Source: a virus
DNA: 5,037 nt
Virus record (IMG/VR): IMGVR_UViG_3300020041_000257
Location: 1-5,037 of that record
Direction: 5' to 3' (one strand)
Made by a program: the position numbers and the translations under genes. The first letter of the stretch is position 1, and the number at the start of each line of letters is the position of its first letter. Shown here piece after piece: positions 5,019-5,037 of this stretch. Below the pieces are notes generated by a model, which had not been told where the DNA came from, made no database searches, and saw only the letters and a list, made by a program, of their open reading frames with translations.

Positions 5019-5037
5019 AGCACATACTCCCCTTTCA
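4917..5037. repeat. Terminal direct repeat copy B, identical to 1..121
   Basis: Exact 121-nt identity with the window start. Confidence 0.95.

Noticed and set aside
1-5037. CRISPR arrays, IS elements, integrase, toxin-antitoxin or defence genes
   Set aside because: Other than the terminal overlap, I saw no spaced direct repeats, no terminal inverted repeats and no ORF with motifs for these functions. Coding capacity is fully accounted for by the phage modules.

Overview
The window appears to be a complete circular replicon, not a chromosomal fragment. Bases 1..121 are identical to 4917..5037, so the unit length is 4,916 nt, and the repeat falls inside the 5' end of the rep gene. This is the signature of a circle that was linearised during assembly. 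All supported genes lie on the minus strand and are tightly packed, with three start/stop overlaps (ATGA twice, TAATG once) and two longer ones (7 nt, 23 nt). The order is: consensus-like sigma70 promoter, rolling-circle Rep (380 aa, Rep_trans/RstA-like motifs RIDLCFD and TVYIGSRNSPRYFRVYNK), 80-aa gene-V-like ssDNA-binding protein, tRNA-Gln(CUG), 386-aa secreted C-terminally anchored pIII-like protein, four tiny hydrophobic proteins (43, 55, 37 and 42 aa) interleaved with a 204-aa tail-anchored protein, strong hairpin terminator, 207-aa Zot/pI-like P-loop assembly ATPase, terminator, and a GC-rich structured intergenic region that probably holds the origin. This is the gene set of a minimal filamentous ssDNA phage (Tubulavirales, inovirus-like). 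It has no secretin, integrase or repressor. The recurrent AAAGG(A/G) Shine-Dalgarno sequences suggest a Firmicutes-type host, which is inference only. The most unusual element is a full-length, CCA-encoding tRNA-Gln with canonical invariant positions but a G1.A72 mismatch, bracketed by two hairpins, inside a genome under 5 kb. All family assignments rest on motifs I recognise by eye; no database search was possible.
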